Source of the DNA: Catajapyx aquilonaris
Lineage: Eukaryota
Assembly (NCBI GenBank): GCA_000934665.2
Contig: JYFJ02002754.1
Location: 1-51,554 of the forward strand
Length of the DNA stretch: 51,554 nt
Direction: 5' to 3'
Position numbers and translations under genes: made by a program. The notes below the pieces were generated by a model. It ran no database searches and had not been told where the DNA came from. It saw only the letters and a program-made list of their open reading frames with translations. This document shows, in pieces, positions 48,728 to 51,554 of the stretch (positions are counted from its first letter, which is position 1; each line of letters begins with the position of its first letter).

Positions 48728-49555
48728 TGTCCACTGGATCTAATGACCCTGCAGCTGCTCTCAGTGAATCATTGTTGACGACACTTTGGAAGCAAGAACA
48801 CCTTGTACCCCAAGAGGGGCGAGGCGCCAGGGGGCTACATATAAATAAATTATTAGGAATTGTGGCAACACATAATGGTTTTATTCACTCCCAAATGATG
48901 TGATTGTTACATGAAAGTGCTCGTAATTCAAGCAAACATTCAGGTAAGCTTGGTTGAGTAGTATTAAAGCTCATTTTCCTGTAAGTATACTATTTTATAC
49001 CCCAGCATTTACGGAATTTGTAACGAATTTCAAAGCAAGATTCAAATTAATACGTTGCAGATAACCTCGATTAGTGGAATGAAAACTTTTTTTTGAAATG
49101 CCAGTTTACCCCAGTTAGGCTACGTTACAGAAATGTTGCATATCATTTCTAAGTACATAAAAAATGTAAGTACCTCTTGATTGGTATTGGGCTTCATCAG
49201 GAATCATCATCTATTTGCCTAGCTTTATTTGTATCAATGCAGAGATGTGGAGAAAGCCCATATAAATTCTTCCCACATAAAATCCACGCCGACCCTTGGT
49301 GAACCTCAAGAGGTGGTATTGTTGCTTAAATAACTATGATGCCACACCACCGACAATGCTCTTTCTCAATGAGCATTTATTGCAATACATTTGGTCCAAA
49401 AATCTCCGAAAATCATAATTCTGCAGTCACAAATAAAAACAGACAATATCCCTGTTACGCTGCATGGGAAGTTAGCTCGTTGTTTGTGACCATTGAAACA
49501 AATACCATAGGGACGGAGTAACAATACGTAATGTGCATAGTGATTCTTCTACCAC

Positions 49556-50245
49556 TTAGATCAGGTCAGGTGCAGGCACCTCAGGGGTCTGACCTTGGTT
49601 TGCCCTCATCCCTGCCTCCTGTGCCAGTGCTGCCTCCCGCAACACCAGTAAGTGTCTGTCTACATCTGCCAGTGTGTCCTCAACCCAGCAGCACATGATA
49701 GCCCCTGGACCTCTAGGTCCTGCTGTCAGACTGCGGGTCAGCAGGGCCAGATGCGACACACTCAACACCAGGGCTGCAGAACGTGCCTCCAACAAACGGG
49801 CGTCCAGAGGAGGATACAAGGCCCTCACCACGTCATCGACACGAGGCGAAATGCGTCGAGCAGCACGACCCATCTCTTGGAGGCGTGATGGTGGCAAAGG
49901 TCCCATAGCACTGGCGATGAGTCTCTCTGTCAGCTGATGACATGTTTTGAGCACAGCTAGGCAGTGAGGGACAAGTCCAGATGCATCCCCAACCCAACGC
50001 TGGTCACGCAGTATTTCCTCCAAAGCCAGCGGAAGCCCCAGGTCAACCTGCTCCAACTCGAGGGGATCTTTTGGAGCTTCCTCAGTGTCCAAGTCTGGGG
50101 AAATCAGTCTTGTGGCACCAGTGGAGAAGATGCGGTGCTGGCAGTACTTGTGGCGACAGACGAAGAGGAGCGCCAGAAGAGATCCCAGAAAGACAGCAGC
50201 AAGGATGCCAATGGCCACTGCCACCACCGTCTCCATACCGGCCAT
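49556..50245 (-). CDS. TMEM98: Transmembrane protein 98, single coding exon
   Basis: METVVAVAIGILAAVFLGSLLALLFVCRHKYC N-terminal TM segment, plus WVGDASGLVPHCLAVLKTCHQLTERL and RISPRVDDVVRALYPPLDARLLEARSAAL. In-frame ATGs at 50332, 50245 and 50236; 50236 matches the vertebrate start. Confidence 0.92.
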   Translation of the reverse strand: MAGMETVVAVAIGILAAVFLGSLLALLFVCRHKYCQHRIFSTGATRLISPDLDTEEAPKDPLELEQVDLGLPLALEEILRDQRWVGDASGLVPHCLAVLKTCHQLTERLIASAMGPLPPSRLQEMGRAARRISPRVDDVVRALYPPLDARLLEARSAALVLSVSHLALLTRSLTAGPRGPGAIMCCWVEDTLADVDRHLLVLREAALAQEAGMRANQGQTPEVPAPDLI

Positions 50246-51554
50246 GGGATTGGCAGTCAGGGTCAGAGTGGCCGGTGGAGGGGAGGTCAGCGGAAGGCTG
50301 GGGGTCGGCGACACTGGAAGCTGCTTGTACATCTAGGGGCACATCACACGAGTCCGCCGCACTTCTGACTTCTCTTCTGTTTGATACAAGATTGCGTTAT
50401 TAGCCAGGAATAGTCACGTGAAGAAAAAGCCATAGGAAGTTCAGTATGTGAGAAAGTTGACATTGTGCCACAGCAATTTGTACAACAGTAGCTCGTTGTG
50501 TGTTTGTCTTTTACAATGAGTGAAGCAGTGGTGAGTGGTGACAGAGCATGAAGGTCAGAAAGAAGTGTATGTGAAATGAACATGATGAGACCTTTCTAGT
50601 GTACAACTCCTCTCTGCTGGCCAGTGCTGAGTAAGTCAAACCCAGCCCTCAAATCCAGCTGATACGAATGGTACCAATGTGGTAGGAATCCGCCATCATC
50701 TTTCCTTCCTCCAAGTATTACCACCAACAACAACCTGTGCCTAATCCCACCCCCTACCTACGTACCCCTAACCCCTCCATCCATCCATCCTGCCTCCCTC
50801 CCACATTCCTTTGTATGGAGGAGGGAGGCTGAGGAGGATGATGATGCAGCATGAGCGAGGGAGGCCTTGGGGCGATGGGGGTACTTGCTTGCGTGCGTGT
50901 TGGGTAATTGGGGCCTGGGGAGATCCTCTCATGTGTAGCAAACCTGTTGCCATGGCGGATCACATTACAAATATGCGGGCATCATGCCTGTAGAATGATG
51001 AGCACTGTAGCAGTGTAGGACACCTGAGCTGGTATGTCCTGGCGCCAATTTGTTCACATTTCAGTAGACATTGATTACCAGCAGCCGGGACATATTCCGC
51101 GACAAAATCAGTCGTAAAAGACCAAGACGTTAATGGGAATGAAGGAATTTCTTCAGTTGCAGGAGAAGTCATAGCTTGTAGCATCAGAAGTAACGAAAAT
51201 GAGCAGCATGTTTGTTCCTTCGTCCTGTTGCCTATAATAAATTGCCAATATCAAGACATAGGCATATTGAAAATTTAAATTCGGTATGCTAATGCATATA
51301 CGTGGCTGAATAATATAAACTGAAATTGCCCTAAGGCGTGTCATTGATGCTCCCGGGTAGGTCAACTCCTTGGTACAGTACCGTGCATAATAGCATATAA
51401 CAAGTGTAAACAACGGCTTTGGCGTTACCTGGCAACTGGGCGTGTTCGGAAATCGCCATGTGGAGAGTGCTTAGCGTTCTTTCTATTGATGCCACGTTGA
51501 TGCTGGGCAACCTAGCGACGGGTGTGCATGCTTACCAATCAGGCGCGGATCCAG

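Noticed and set aside
50582..50630. C/D boxes ATGATGA...CTGA
   Set aside because: Antisense to the TMEM98 intron, too short, and without a terminal stem.

Overview
Gene-dense, intron-containing eukaryotic DNA. It is most likely from a non-dipteran arthropod; this is an inference from the MADF-BESS gene, the BARD1-like gene and the mosaic CpG pattern. Nine protein genes were assembled by hand from GT-AG sites with consistent reading phase: a tandem pair of serine-hydrolase-like (SERHL/kraken-type) genes, the second with its catalytic Ser and His replaced; AF10/MLLT10 (Alhambra); a MADF-BESS protein; a BARD1-like RING-ankyrin-BRCT protein; allantoinase (-); a divergent SLC7 cationic amino-acid transporter; ABCF2; and TMEM98 (-). 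Introns and spacers hold two tRNA-derived SINEs that share a 3' end, a mariner relic with a nested MITE, further MITEs and several long palindromes. The most interesting element is an intronic box C/D RNA in ABCF2. It carries two separated antisense elements that fit either the U2 snRNA 5' end or the 28S peptidyl-transferase loop. All gene models and target matches were done by eye and need confirmation.
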